Part shown: in pieces, positions 37,381 to 46,264 of the stretch
Layout of the letters: each line of letters starts with the position of its first letter
How positions within the stretch are numbered: position 1 is the first letter of the stretch
From: Christensenellaceae bacterium
GTDB taxonomy: Bacteria; Bacillota; Clostridia; Christensenellales; Christensenellaceae
Direction: 5' to 3'
NCBI GenBank assembly: GCA_036679405.1
Contig: JAVBVZ010000037.1
Location: 18,236 to 82,235 of the forward strand
Length of the DNA: 64,000 nt
Program-made: the position numbers and the translations under genes
Notes under the pieces: model-generated
What the model was told of the DNA's origin: nothing
The model's database searches: none
Seen by the model: the letters and a program-made list of their open reading frames with translations, nothing else

Positions 37381-38256
37381 TTAGAAATCACAGGCCGCTT
37401 CTTCTTTTGTTTTGTTTTTCTTTATACGGTACATCTCCCTGTCGGCCCTTTCCTCCAATGAGTAAAGTGTATCGTCCGTCTTCATTTCCGAAATCCCTGC
37501 ACTGAAGGTAATGGCGACCGCTTTTTCGTCCGGCCGGTTTTGACTTCCCATCTGACCTTTCACCCTTTTTAAAACGGCTTTTGCTTCAGCTTTGTTTGTA
37601 TCAGGCAACAAAATCACAAATTCGTCTCCTCCATACCTTCCCAAAATATCAAATTCACGAATGCTGGCTTGCAGGTTTGCCGCAAAATCCTGTAGGATCC
37701 GATCTCCGGCCGGATGGCCTTTTTCATCATTTATTTTCTTAAAGCAATCTATGTCTGCCATCACTACACAAAGATTTTTTTTGTACCGCTTCGCTTTTTC
37801 CACCTCAACGGCTGCCATCTGTTCAAAATATTGCCGGTTGTTTATACCGGTCAATCCATCCGTTTGGGCCATTTCACGCAATCGTTCGCCCAATACCTTT
37901 TCGGTTATATCCATACAACTGCCGATATAACCCATAAAAATGCCGGCGTCATCAAAAAAAGGCACCCCCCGGTCATTAATCCATCTGTAGTCTCCGTCGA
38001 ACCGTTTTAAACGGTACACCATTTCAAACGGCTCTCTTTGCGCAAAAGCTTTCATATAAGTGTTCACACAGCGTTCCATATCCTCAGGGTGTACGCCCTC
38101 GGCCCACCCGTTTCCCATTTCCTGCTGCATGGTGCGTCCCGTGAACTGCAGCCATCGCGTATTAAAATAATTACACAGGCCATCCGTGCCCGCACGCCAT
38201 AAAAGATTCGGAGAATTCTCCACAATCATTTTATACTGCCCGCCATCCAGTTCCAT
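37381..38256 (-). CDS. PAS-GGDEF diguanylate cyclase
   Basis: PAS-like N-domain (NLLWRAGTDGLCNYFN..W..FTGR) and DGLTGINNRQYF...RYGGDEF. Confidence 0.85.
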   Translation of the reverse strand: MELDGGQYKMIVENSPNLLWRAGTDGLCNYFNTRWLQFTGRTMQQEMGNGWAEGVHPEDMERCVNTYMKAFAQREPFEMVYRLKRFDGDYRWINDRGVPFFDDAGIFMGYIGSCMDITEKVLGERLREMAQTDGLTGINNRQYFEQMAAVEVEKAKRYKKNLCVVMADIDCFKKINDEKGHPAGDRILQDFAANLQASIREFDILGRYGGDEFVILLPDTNKAEAKAVLKRVKGQMGSQNRPDEKAVAITFSAGISEMKTDDTLYSLEERADREMYRIKKNKTKEEAACDF

Positions 38257-38398
38257 ACATACACCTTCCTCCTATTGTTCTATTATCATAGATAACGCGC
38301 TGTTCCTCCACAAAACATTATTTTGTTTTTCTGTATTATTCTCCATTTAAAATCCTGAAATTCACCGCTCAAGATCCTTATATCTTATTTAAGTTCTT

Positions 38399-39166
38399 TT
38401 ACCGGTAAGAAGCCTCGCCTTCCAAGGGCTTCGTATCGTAGGGGGAAAACTTAAGATTCAATTCGGGTGTTTCATCCATACCGATGTCCGCCTGCGTCAG
38501 TGTCAGGCTGAGAACATGCCCTCCTCTGGTTTTATTTTCAGAAACAAAATGCAGGTGATATCCCGCAGCATTTGTATTCCCCATAAAATCAGGAAACCAG
38601 AACCCCACCAGCGTTCCGCTGATATCGGTATAATCAAATACGGCCTGGTTTTCTACCGCCACGGCCAGAGGCGGATATGGCTTATCATATGTTCCTACAC
38701 TTCGAACCTCGATTTTTGAAAGCGTACAGGGGATCCTTATGGCATACGGCAAATCATTCCTGGGCCGCAGGCTGTCCAAAAGCGCTTTGAGACTGTCATA
38801 ATCCATATCCGCGTCCGTCACCTGTTTTTGGATATCTTTATCAAAAGTTGTTACCGCATAAAACGGGCTTCCTTCTTCGTCCCCCTGCACGGTTACTTCC
38901 CCCGTCCGGGATGCCTTATACACAACCCCGTCCAAAACTATCATCTCACCGTCCAGCCGGTCAAATGTCCCAAGACCGGTATCCCCCTCTAAACGTATAT
39001 CGCATACCGTCGCAACCGCATCATAATTTCCCGCCAAAAGCGCTTCCATGGCTGCGCCCTGATAAATTGTTTCTTCATTTGCTTTTTGCGCCGAGCACCC
39101 GGCCAGCAAAATAACGCCTGCAACTGCAGCAACCCATATCTTCTTCACTTTCTCCCCCCGATTCAT
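38399..39166 (-). CDS. alpha-acetolactate decarboxylase family protein with lipoprotein signal
   Basis: IYQGAAMEALLAGNYD..GLGTFDRLDGEMIVLDG..AGYHLHFVSENKTRGGHVL matches AlsD/BudA. N-terminus KKIWVAAVAGVILLAGCS is a lipobox. Confidence 0.8.
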   Translation of the reverse strand: MNRGEKVKKIWVAAVAGVILLAGCSAQKANEETIYQGAAMEALLAGNYDAVATVCDIRLEGDTGLGTFDRLDGEMIVLDGVVYKASRTGEVTVQGDEEGSPFYAVTTFDKDIQKQVTDADMDYDSLKALLDSLRPRNDLPYAIRIPCTLSKIEVRSVGTYDKPYPPLAVAVENQAVFDYTDISGTLVGFWFPDFMGNTNAAGYHLHFVSENKTRGGHVLSLTLTQADIGMDETPELNLKFSPYDTKPLEGEASYR

Positions 39167-39244
39167 TATGATGATATAATAAAAAATCAAATCCCGTTTC
39201 TTTTTGGTTTTTAAAAAAAGGCCCTGCCTCCCGGCATTTTTTCC

Positions 39245-40108
39245 TTATCCGCATAGTATGGAGCTCATAGGGTCATAGCTTTTGATATTTTTTGCAACCT
39301 GTCCCAAGTTGTAATTCGCGTAACAGTATTTGCATCCGCCCGGGCAGGTATTATATGCGCCGATATCAACGCTTGCCGCACAGCCGCATCCTGGACGCTG
39401 ATACCTGTCTTTTTCCGCGTTGGGATTTTTTCCGGTAATTCTTTCAATCAGCGCCGCATCAACGCAACTGGCATGGCCAACCCCGACCCCCGAAAGATCA
39501 ATCTCTTCCGCACAGGTCTCCATGCCTATTCCGTAAGACATGGCGATTATTGCCAGTTGTTCTGCCGCTTGCCTCATCGTTTCTTCTCTCCATTGCCCGG
39601 GCGCTACCTCGCTCATTCGTTTTTGTGTATTGCGGTAAAAATCCATAAAACTTATAACGCACTTTTCCGTGTACCCTTTCAGCGCCCGGGCTATCTCTTC
39701 AAAATGTTCCCGGTGCCGCTCCAGCGTATACTTTTCACTTAAAAAAATCGGATCGTAACGCCAAATCACCCGCTCGGGACCGATTCTGTCCGCCAAATTT
39801 AAAAATGAAGAAATTAAATCTTCATCTTTTGAAGGAATCCCCGGCTCAACATCTTTCCCATATCCCGTAAGGGTAAACAAAAAATAGTACGCAAAGCCGG
39901 AAAGCCGGTCCAACTGTTTTAGCATAGGCTCTGGATTTTTTGTCCAAAACACCATGCAATCCACATCCGTCCTTCGCAAAGATATCCGCCGGATCTGTTT
40001 TGCATTAAAGGGGTTTTTCACTTCCACATATCCCTGCCGCAGCCGTTCGAAAAACCAGTCTGAAAAAAAAGCAGGGATGTCCGTCCGCCTGCTTGCGCTG
40101 ATAATCAT
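39245..40108 (-). CDS. DUF1848 family protein (C-terminal Cys cluster)
   Basis: MIISASRRTDIPAFFSDWF N-terminus typical of DUF1848. C-terminal GCGCAASVDIGAYNTCPGGCKYCYAN. AGGAG is 10 nt upstream of the ATG at 40108. Confidence 0.65.
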   Translation of the reverse strand: MIISASRRTDIPAFFSDWFFERLRQGYVEVKNPFNAKQIRRISLRRTDVDCMVFWTKNPEPMLKQLDRLSGFAYYFLFTLTGYGKDVEPGIPSKDEDLISSFLNLADRIGPERVIWRYDPIFLSEKYTLERHREHFEEIARALKGYTEKCVISFMDFYRNTQKRMSEVAPGQWREETMRQAAEQLAIIAMSYGIGMETCAEEIDLSGVGVGHASCVDAALIERITGKNPNAEKDRYQRPGCGCAASVDIGAYNTCPGGCKYCYANYNLGQVAKNIKSYDPMSSILCG

Positions 40109-40153
40109 TCTTTTTTGCTCCTTTGCCTTCAAGACTCCCCCGGCTGCAGACAC

Positions 40154-41029
40154 TTAAACGTTTCCAATATAAACATAATTTAAAAATTCACGCGCCGCCA
40201 TTGCAAGCTCTTCTAAGCTTTGCCTGGATGTCTGTGCCCGGTCACGCATTTCATACCTTGGAAAAAAACGGGATAAATGCAAAGGCAGGTCGGGCGTAAG
40301 ACGGGCCAGCCATTCGGCCATCCGCCGCATTTCATCTACCGAATCATTGAGCCCGGGTACTACCAAAGTGGTTATCTCAACATGGCAGCCTTTCACGGAA
40401 GCCGCAATCGTATTCTTTACTTCGTCCAGGCCGCCCCGCATGACTTCTCTGTAAACTTTTGGGTCATATGTTTTGAGGTCAATATTCATTGCGTCAATAT
40501 AGGGCAACAAATCCTCCAGCGGCTCTTTTGAAATATACCCATTGGTCACAAGAACATTCTTCATGTTCTTCCGGCGTACCGCTTTAGCGGCATCCAGCAC
40601 GTATTCAAACCAAATGACGGGTTCATTGTACGTATAAGCGACACCAATATTTCCACGGTCCGCAAGCGCTTCTGAATTTTCGGCAAGCGCTTCCGGCGGG
40701 ATATAACGGGTCTCCGCCTGTTCGGGCCGGATACGTGCAATATTATGATTCTGGCAAAACGGGCAGGCGAAATTGCACCCTACCGAGCCGACGGAAAGGA
40801 TCCTGCTGCCCGGATAGAAACGGTTCAACGGCTTTTTTTCGATTGGGTCCAGCGCCAAAGCCGATACCAGGCCGTAACTTATTGCATAAAGCTTTCCTCC
40901 GTGATTTTCCCTAACCCCGCATACGCCCCAGTTTCCCGGAGCAATCAAACAGCGATGCGGGCATAGGCGGCACCGTACTTTACCGTTTTCAGCCGCTTCT
41001 GAATAAAGCGCCTCCTTTATTTTTTCCAT
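40154..41029 (-). CDS. AmmeMemoRadiSam-system radical SAM enzyme
   Basis: CNFACPFCQN (CxxxCxxC) preceded by CRLCPHRCLIAPGNWGVCGVR. Directly follows the AMMECR1 fusion gene with a 7-nt gap. Confidence 0.75.
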   Translation of the reverse strand: MEKIKEALYSEAAENGKVRCRLCPHRCLIAPGNWGVCGVRENHGGKLYAISYGLVSALALDPIEKKPLNRFYPGSRILSVGSVGCNFACPFCQNHNIARIRPEQAETRYIPPEALAENSEALADRGNIGVAYTYNEPVIWFEYVLDAAKAVRRKNMKNVLVTNGYISKEPLEDLLPYIDAMNIDLKTYDPKVYREVMRGGLDEVKNTIAASVKGCHVEITTLVVPGLNDSVDEMRRMAEWLARLTPDLPLHLSRFFPRYEMRDRAQTSRQSLEELAMAAREFLNYVYIGNV

Positions 41030-41036
41030 TTTTCCC

Positions 41037-42413
41037 TCACCTGAACCGTTCAACTTTGAAACGCTCCATCGAATATTGCTCATTCGGGCCGATCCCGGCT
41101 TTTCTAAGGGCAATCTCCACCTGATCTTCAGGCGTATCCACCCCTTCAAGGTCGGGAAGCAGCAACCCTCTTTTGTATCCGGATGTCACAATAACACCAT
41201 ATTTTTTCACGTCCAGTTCATCCATAGAAGCAATTTTCTCAGGTTCAAAAAGCACATCCACCGAATATGTCAGATTGGGAAGTTCTTCTTCTGAAACCGC
41301 CTCAAAACGCGGATCCTGTGTCCCTGCGCTTACAGCGTTTTCTATGATCTCTTCCGCCATACTATGACGTACCGGACTGATCGTGCCGATACAGCCCCTC
41401 AAAGCGCCCCTTATCTTAAGAGAAACAAATACGCCTGCGCGGGTATCCCTGAATTCTTCCGGAACCCATGCAGGCACATCAATTGTTTTCCCTTTCCGCA
41501 CATAGGTTTCCAGCGTTTCTCTGGCCAAACGCACATGCGGGCTTTCATCCGCTTCCGTATACGTTTCTTCTTTTTCCTCTCCGCCCGCTTCCGACACGCT
41601 CAGTTTCGCAACCATATATCCGACGCCAAACGGTCCTTCATAGGAATATACGTCCGTATGAAAACTCTGTCCGGACATCGCCCCCAGCATCATCATAACA
41701 GACCGGGTTCCGCATTCCCCGGCCTCTTCCATAAACACCGGGTCGGTTAAGAGAATCCCCTGGGCGTCGGCCGCCTGCAGTTTCTCAATTAATTGCCGGT
41801 CATATTCCGCACCTTTTGGGCTGTACCCCGCAGGCGCATCTCTGGTCAACCGGTGCGACAGATCCGCACTCGCCACATAAACAACTTCTTCATTCGACTC
41901 GCTTACCGCCTGTGCGATGCACCTGCCCATTTCATACAAATCATCCGCCGGCAAAAAGGGCGTTGAGATATGCACCAGCCTGAAATCCCGGTAAGCCTGC
42001 GCAATATAATACAAAGGCACCAACGCTCCATGGTCCAAATGGTCCGACAGGCGAAGCCGCGCACGCGTATCTTCATCCAGGCTTCCCGCGGCGATTCCCT
42101 TTTCCTGTGCCAGTGTCCGTATCCGTTCGGCCAACGGGATATCATTATCCGCTTCTACCCTCACTTCCGGACTTCTAAATGCAGCAAAGTCGCCCGAGAG
42201 GCGCTCTCCTCCCGAAATATAAAAATAATCCAAAAAGCACGGAGCATGCGGAGAGGATACAATAATCGTATCCGGCGCTTCCCGCGCAATTTCATCCGCC
42301 GCGCGCTTCATTGCGTCAATAGTAGCCCGTGCGTCCTTTTCCGCCCCTCTGCCTACCCTGGGTACAATAATGGGCGGATGGGGCATAACATAACTTGCAA
42401 CAATCCTTCCCAT
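41037..42413 (-). CDS. LigB-type (class III extradiol dioxygenase-like/Memo-like) domain fused to AMMECR1 domain
   Basis: N-terminus SYVMPHPPIIVP..SSPH..DHGALVPL..ADLSHRL is LigB-like. C-terminus PHVRLARETLETYV..GVFVSLKIRGALRGCIGT is the AMMECR1 signature. Confidence 0.75.
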   Translation of the reverse strand: MGRIVASYVMPHPPIIVPRVGRGAEKDARATIDAMKRAADEIAREAPDTIIVSSPHAPCFLDYFYISGGERLSGDFAAFRSPEVRVEADNDIPLAERIRTLAQEKGIAAGSLDEDTRARLRLSDHLDHGALVPLYYIAQAYRDFRLVHISTPFLPADDLYEMGRCIAQAVSESNEEVVYVASADLSHRLTRDAPAGYSPKGAEYDRQLIEKLQAADAQGILLTDPVFMEEAGECGTRSVMMMLGAMSGQSFHTDVYSYEGPFGVGYMVAKLSVSEAGGEEKEETYTEADESPHVRLARETLETYVRKGKTIDVPAWVPEEFRDTRAGVFVSLKIRGALRGCIGTISPVRHSMAEEIIENAVSAGTQDPRFEAVSEEELPNLTYSVDVLFEPEKIASMDELDVKKYGVIVTSGYKRGLLLPDLEGVDTPEDQVEIALRKAGIGPNEQYSMERFKVERFR

Positions 42414-42446
42414 AATTACTTTCTCCTTTTATCGGTTAGCGAAGTT

Positions 42447-43112
42447 CTAAATCCACTCAAACACGCTTTCTAAATCCCTGCGTTTTTTCTCTGTTTGCGG
42501 ATGCTTCCTGTATCCAAAAGCCGCCATACAGCAAATGCCGTAAACCTTACGGTCCATAGCCCCTTCCCGGCTTAATATTTCCTCCACCTCATCCCGTACG
42601 AACCCCTCGATCGGGCAGGAATCGATTCCCAAAAAAGCCGCTGCCGTCATCATGTTTGCAAGGGCAATATATACCTGCCTGGAAGCCCAGTAAAACATTG
42701 CGGTCTCATCGTTGTAAATTTTAAAGTCATCCGTAAAAAAATTTTTGATCCGCTTTTTCTTTGCTTCAAGTGTTTCTCCCGAAAGATGCTGTACATCTTT
42801 TAATATTGCTTCAACATAGTCCGATCCGGGCAGCAATTCAGAGCGCCTGCAGCCAAGTAAGATCACAAAATGGCTTGCGGTCGGCAATTGTTTTTTCGCC
42901 CCCCAACAAGCCGGACGTATTTTTTCCCTCAGCGCCGGGTTCTGCAAAACAAGAAACTTCCATGGTTCCAGCCCAAAAGAACTGGGCGAAAGACGCGCTG
43001 TATCGCAAATAACTTTAAAATTTTCATCAGAAATTTTTTTGCCTGTGTCAAATTCCTTGCAGGCGTGTCGAAAGTGCATGACCTTTAAAATTTCTCTTCC
43101 GCTTATCTGCAT
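42447..43112 (-). CDS. nitroreductase-family NAD(P)H oxidoreductase
   Basis: RHACKEFD...LSPSSFGLEPWKFLVL pattern. Confidence 0.8.
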   Translation of the reverse strand: MQISGREILKVMHFRHACKEFDTGKKISDENFKVICDTARLSPSSFGLEPWKFLVLQNPALREKIRPACWGAKKQLPTASHFVILLGCRRSELLPGSDYVEAILKDVQHLSGETLEAKKKRIKNFFTDDFKIYNDETAMFYWASRQVYIALANMMTAAAFLGIDSCPIEGFVRDEVEEILSREGAMDRKVYGICCMAAFGYRKHPQTEKKRRDLESVFEWI

Positions 43113-43240
43113 TTCCCACCTCGCACAAACTTTTACATTATGTTTTTATTATAACACCAAAGCTTTCTGATTTGTATTCTGCGAAAACCAGAGCATATCC
43201 CCGCTTTTAAAGGCCAAAATGCCCGTTTAAACATTCCGGA

Positions 43241-43600
43241 TCAAGACATGCGTTTTCTATACCGTTTTTCCAGCAAAAACAAAATACCGGCGGCCAGCGG
43301 CGGCGCAGATATCATCAAAAAGCTTTCCATGCGGACATACGTATTAAACCAAACCGTTAGAATTACCGCAATCCCGATAAAGATCCATCCCAAAAATAAA
43401 GGACGGCTCCAAAAAATCCCCAGGATCACCGCCATGGCAATGGAGGGTATAGAATGAATCAAAAAGCCGCCTATTTGTTCTAAGACTCCCGACCCCATAG
43501 AAAAAACATCAAATGCAAAAAGCATCAAAAACAACAAGTACGCAATTACAATGATCCGGGGTGCCCAAAAAAGCCTTGTGGAATTTTTTTTCATCAGCAC
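43241..43600 (-). CDS. small integral membrane protein, hypothetical
   Basis: 119 aa with four hydrophobic segments. No family recognised. Confidence 0.5.
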   Translation of the reverse strand: MLMKKNSTRLFWAPRIIVIAYLLFLMLFAFDVFSMGSGVLEQIGGFLIHSIPSIAMAVILGIFWSRPLFLGWIFIGIAVILTVWFNTYVRMESFLMISAPPLAAGILFLLEKRYRKRMS

Positions 43601-43654
43601 ACCATCTCCTCTTTATACCCGTTTGTCACACTTTTCAGAAAAACACCGGGTCCC

Positions 43655-45130
43655 TCAAACCGGTTTGAATTCCTTCTTTTCTTTTTTGCATATAAGCTGC
43701 GCCAAATCCCGCGCACTCTTAAAAGCCATGGGGATACCGCTCCCCGGCTGGACCCATTGCCCGGCCATGTAAAAATTACGGAGTTCGGGCAACTCCCTGT
43801 AAAATGGATCGTCCGTAATGATGTTTTTGCTGTTCCATCCCTTTACCGCTCCCCTCCAGTTGCCGGTAAGGTGAATATAAGTTGCGGGTGTTGTCACGTT
43901 CATCATTTCAATATCGCTTTTAATTGGAGAGACACGGCTGTCAAGCACGTCGGCCACCCAGGCGGCCACCTCTCTTTTTTCTTTTTTATACCGCTCTTTT
44001 TCCGCCTTTTTAAGCATCCACCAGTAAGAAGCAAACTTTGTATCCATCTGCACTCTGAAAAGTGTTTTCTTTTGCCCATGTACCGTCTGTGTAAAACGCA
44101 TCACTTCAATAAAAGACTGTACACTGCCGTCATGCAGCTCATGCGGAACATCCAAAATGATCCTGCGCATGGGAAATTCGTCTTCAAACGCCTGCCTAAC
44201 GCCAATGGCGACCTGTATGACCGAGGGAGTCAAATCAGGTTTTTCATAAAGTGAACGTATCTGGTCATTCATAAATTTTCCGCCTAAAAGATCAAACAGC
44301 GTCCCTCTTCCGTCCATTGCGGAAACAATAATATCTCCATGCGCGCTTTTTCCGTTTTCAAACAGTATCCCTTTTGCAATCCTGTTTTCTACGCGAATCT
44401 TTTGTGCACGGCAAAAGTAATGCAGCGTACCGCCCAAAGATTCGTATTGTTCCGCCAGTTTTTCTGCCAATGCGCTTGCACCTCCGGACGGATATCCGTT
44501 TGCCCCTACGCCAAGACCGGCAAGATAAAACATTTCCATCAAAACAGGCGTTCTGAATTGCTCGGTGATCTGCGAAATCATAGGATTTTTAAATTGCCTG
44601 GAAAAATCATGCGAAGTCATTCTGCTCCATTTTTTCAAAAGAAGAACTTCTTTGCCTTTTTTGATCCGCATCCGTTCCGATAACCCGTACAATTCTTTTG
44701 GTTTTTCAATAGGCAGATAGATCTTTGTGATTTTGCGTGTATCGGCAATCCATTCCCGGATGAGCCCTTCGTCTTCAGGCGATATTTCAATCATTTCCTG
44801 CTCAAGACGGCCCAGATCCGCATATTCCTCAAAGCGTTTTCCATCCGGAAAATCGTATACCGTTTTGATTGCCGGGCTGGAAAACGCAAGCGCTTCCATA
44901 TCCAGAAGTTCACTGTATAATTTATAAAAAGGATGCTTGGGACCAGAACCCCACAGGCCCGTCAGTCCTCCCTCAATGCGGTATCCGTCTCTCTCCCAGC
45001 CTGTACAGAGGCCGCCCGGTTTTCCGTTTGCCTCATAGATCTCAGTGGAAAACCCGCTTTTTTGCAAATAGCACCCAAGCGAAAGCCCGGCAATTCCCGC
45101 ACCGATAATTGCAACTTTTTTACTCCCCAT
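43655..45130 (-). CDS. phytoene-desaturase-family FAD/NAD(P)-dependent oxidoreductase
   Basis: N-terminal KVAIIGAGIAGLSLG dinucleotide fold; 491 aa. AGGAGG RBS. Confidence 0.7.
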   Translation of the reverse strand: MGSKKVAIIGAGIAGLSLGCYLQKSGFSTEIYEANGKPGGLCTGWERDGYRIEGGLTGLWGSGPKHPFYKLYSELLDMEALAFSSPAIKTVYDFPDGKRFEEYADLGRLEQEMIEISPEDEGLIREWIADTRKITKIYLPIEKPKELYGLSERMRIKKGKEVLLLKKWSRMTSHDFSRQFKNPMISQITEQFRTPVLMEMFYLAGLGVGANGYPSGGASALAEKLAEQYESLGGTLHYFCRAQKIRVENRIAKGILFENGKSAHGDIIVSAMDGRGTLFDLLGGKFMNDQIRSLYEKPDLTPSVIQVAIGVRQAFEDEFPMRRIILDVPHELHDGSVQSFIEVMRFTQTVHGQKKTLFRVQMDTKFASYWWMLKKAEKERYKKEKREVAAWVADVLDSRVSPIKSDIEMMNVTTPATYIHLTGNWRGAVKGWNSKNIITDDPFYRELPELRNFYMAGQWVQPGSGIPMAFKSARDLAQLICKKEKKEFKPV

Positions 45131-45311
45131 CTTATGCCTCCTTCAATACATTGTCGCCGCCAGCGAAGCGTCTGAAAGCCTGTTTTTATCAGGGAGCCAT
45201 TCTCCCTGGTTTCGGGTTGTCTTTTTTTCTTTTTTGTTCAATATAAAACAATATAAAGACGGGTGCCTGATTTTAAAGGCCTGTTAAAAATAGTAAGTTC
45301 TTCCTGACTTC

Positions 45312-45340
45312 ATTGTATGAAAGTTCCGTGCGCTTGTCAA
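45312..45340 (-). promoter_or_regulatory. consensus-like promoter about 175 nt upstream of the oxidoreductase ATG
   Basis: Minus strand TTGACA-17 nt-TACAAT. Confidence 0.5.
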
Positions 45341-45392
45341 TCTGTCTCTTGCAAACACATTCCTTTTTCAGGCAGTTTTGGGCAAAATATCT

Positions 45393-45851
45393 TTAGCCCT
45401 CCTCTGCAATCCTGAGCATTTCCTTGGCAAACGCTTCCGCATCCTGCAGATCATCTTCATCCGGGTATCCTTTGGACAATCCGCCCACCACCTTAAACAA
45501 CGGGTAGGTATCATACCCACGGCAATGAAAACTGCCCAGGTTGTCCGCCCCTTTTTCTAAAAGAAGCCCAAGCGTGTCGCTATTATACCGTTCAGCGCCG
45601 AATCCGCTGGTAGAAAAAACAAACGTCTTTTTCCGCTCCAAAACCGCCTGCTTCATAAAAAAGAGCATTTTTTTATGAAATTTGCCATAATAAATACCGG
45701 ATCCCAACCCAATCAGCTCATAAGAAGCTATCTCCTCCGGTTGCGCCTCGTTAATCAGTACCGGCTCAGCGCCTATCGCCTGCGCCATTGCAAGGGCTAT
45801 TTTTTGTGTATTCATATGATGATAAGAAGCATAAACAATGAGCACTTTCAT
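45393..45851 (-). CDS. flavodoxin family protein
   Basis: MKVLIVYASYHHMNTQKIA...LIGLGSGIYYG. Confidence 0.7.
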   Translation of the reverse strand: MKVLIVYASYHHMNTQKIALAMAQAIGAEPVLINEAQPEEIASYELIGLGSGIYYGKFHKKMLFFMKQAVLERKKTFVFSTSGFGAERYNSDTLGLLLEKGADNLGSFHCRGYDTYPLFKVVGGLSKGYPDEDDLQDAEAFAKEMLRIAEEG

Positions 45852-45934
45852 ATAAAATTCCTCACACTGTATCCATATAACCGCCGGTTTGCATCCAAAC
45901 CGTCCCGCGGTTCTTTAAGCTTCCGCCTTACTTA

Positions 45935-46249
45935 TTATATAACCTTTTTTTCAACCATGTCGATCTCAAAGAAATTTGTAACTTCTTTGTTCCATACCTC
46001 TTTTACATACTCTTGATGCGGTTCATATTCAAAGCTGTAGCGGTCGTAATCCTCTTCGCTTTCAAAATACATAGAAAACCCGTAGTCATAGTTGTTTTTT
46101 TTACTCACTTCAAAAAACACTTTAAAATCTTTTGCATAGGGCGTATTCTCTAAAACATTCCTGCTTTTCTCAAAAAAGCGTTTCTCTTCCGGCGAATCTT
46201 TCTCATGCTTTAAATTAAATATTACGCTATGAATAATTTTCATAAACAA
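45935..46249 (-). CDS. Dabb (stress-responsive alpha/beta barrel) family protein
   Basis: About 100 aa. IIHSVIFNLKH...H..YV pattern of dimeric alpha-beta barrel proteins. Confidence 0.55.
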   Translation of the reverse strand: MFMKIIHSVIFNLKHEKDSPEEKRFFEKSRNVLENTPYAKDFKVFFEVSKKNNYDYGFSMYFESEEDYDRYSFEYEPHQEYVKEVWNKEVTNFFEIDMVEKKVI

Positions 46250-46264
46250 TTCTCCTTTTTTAAT

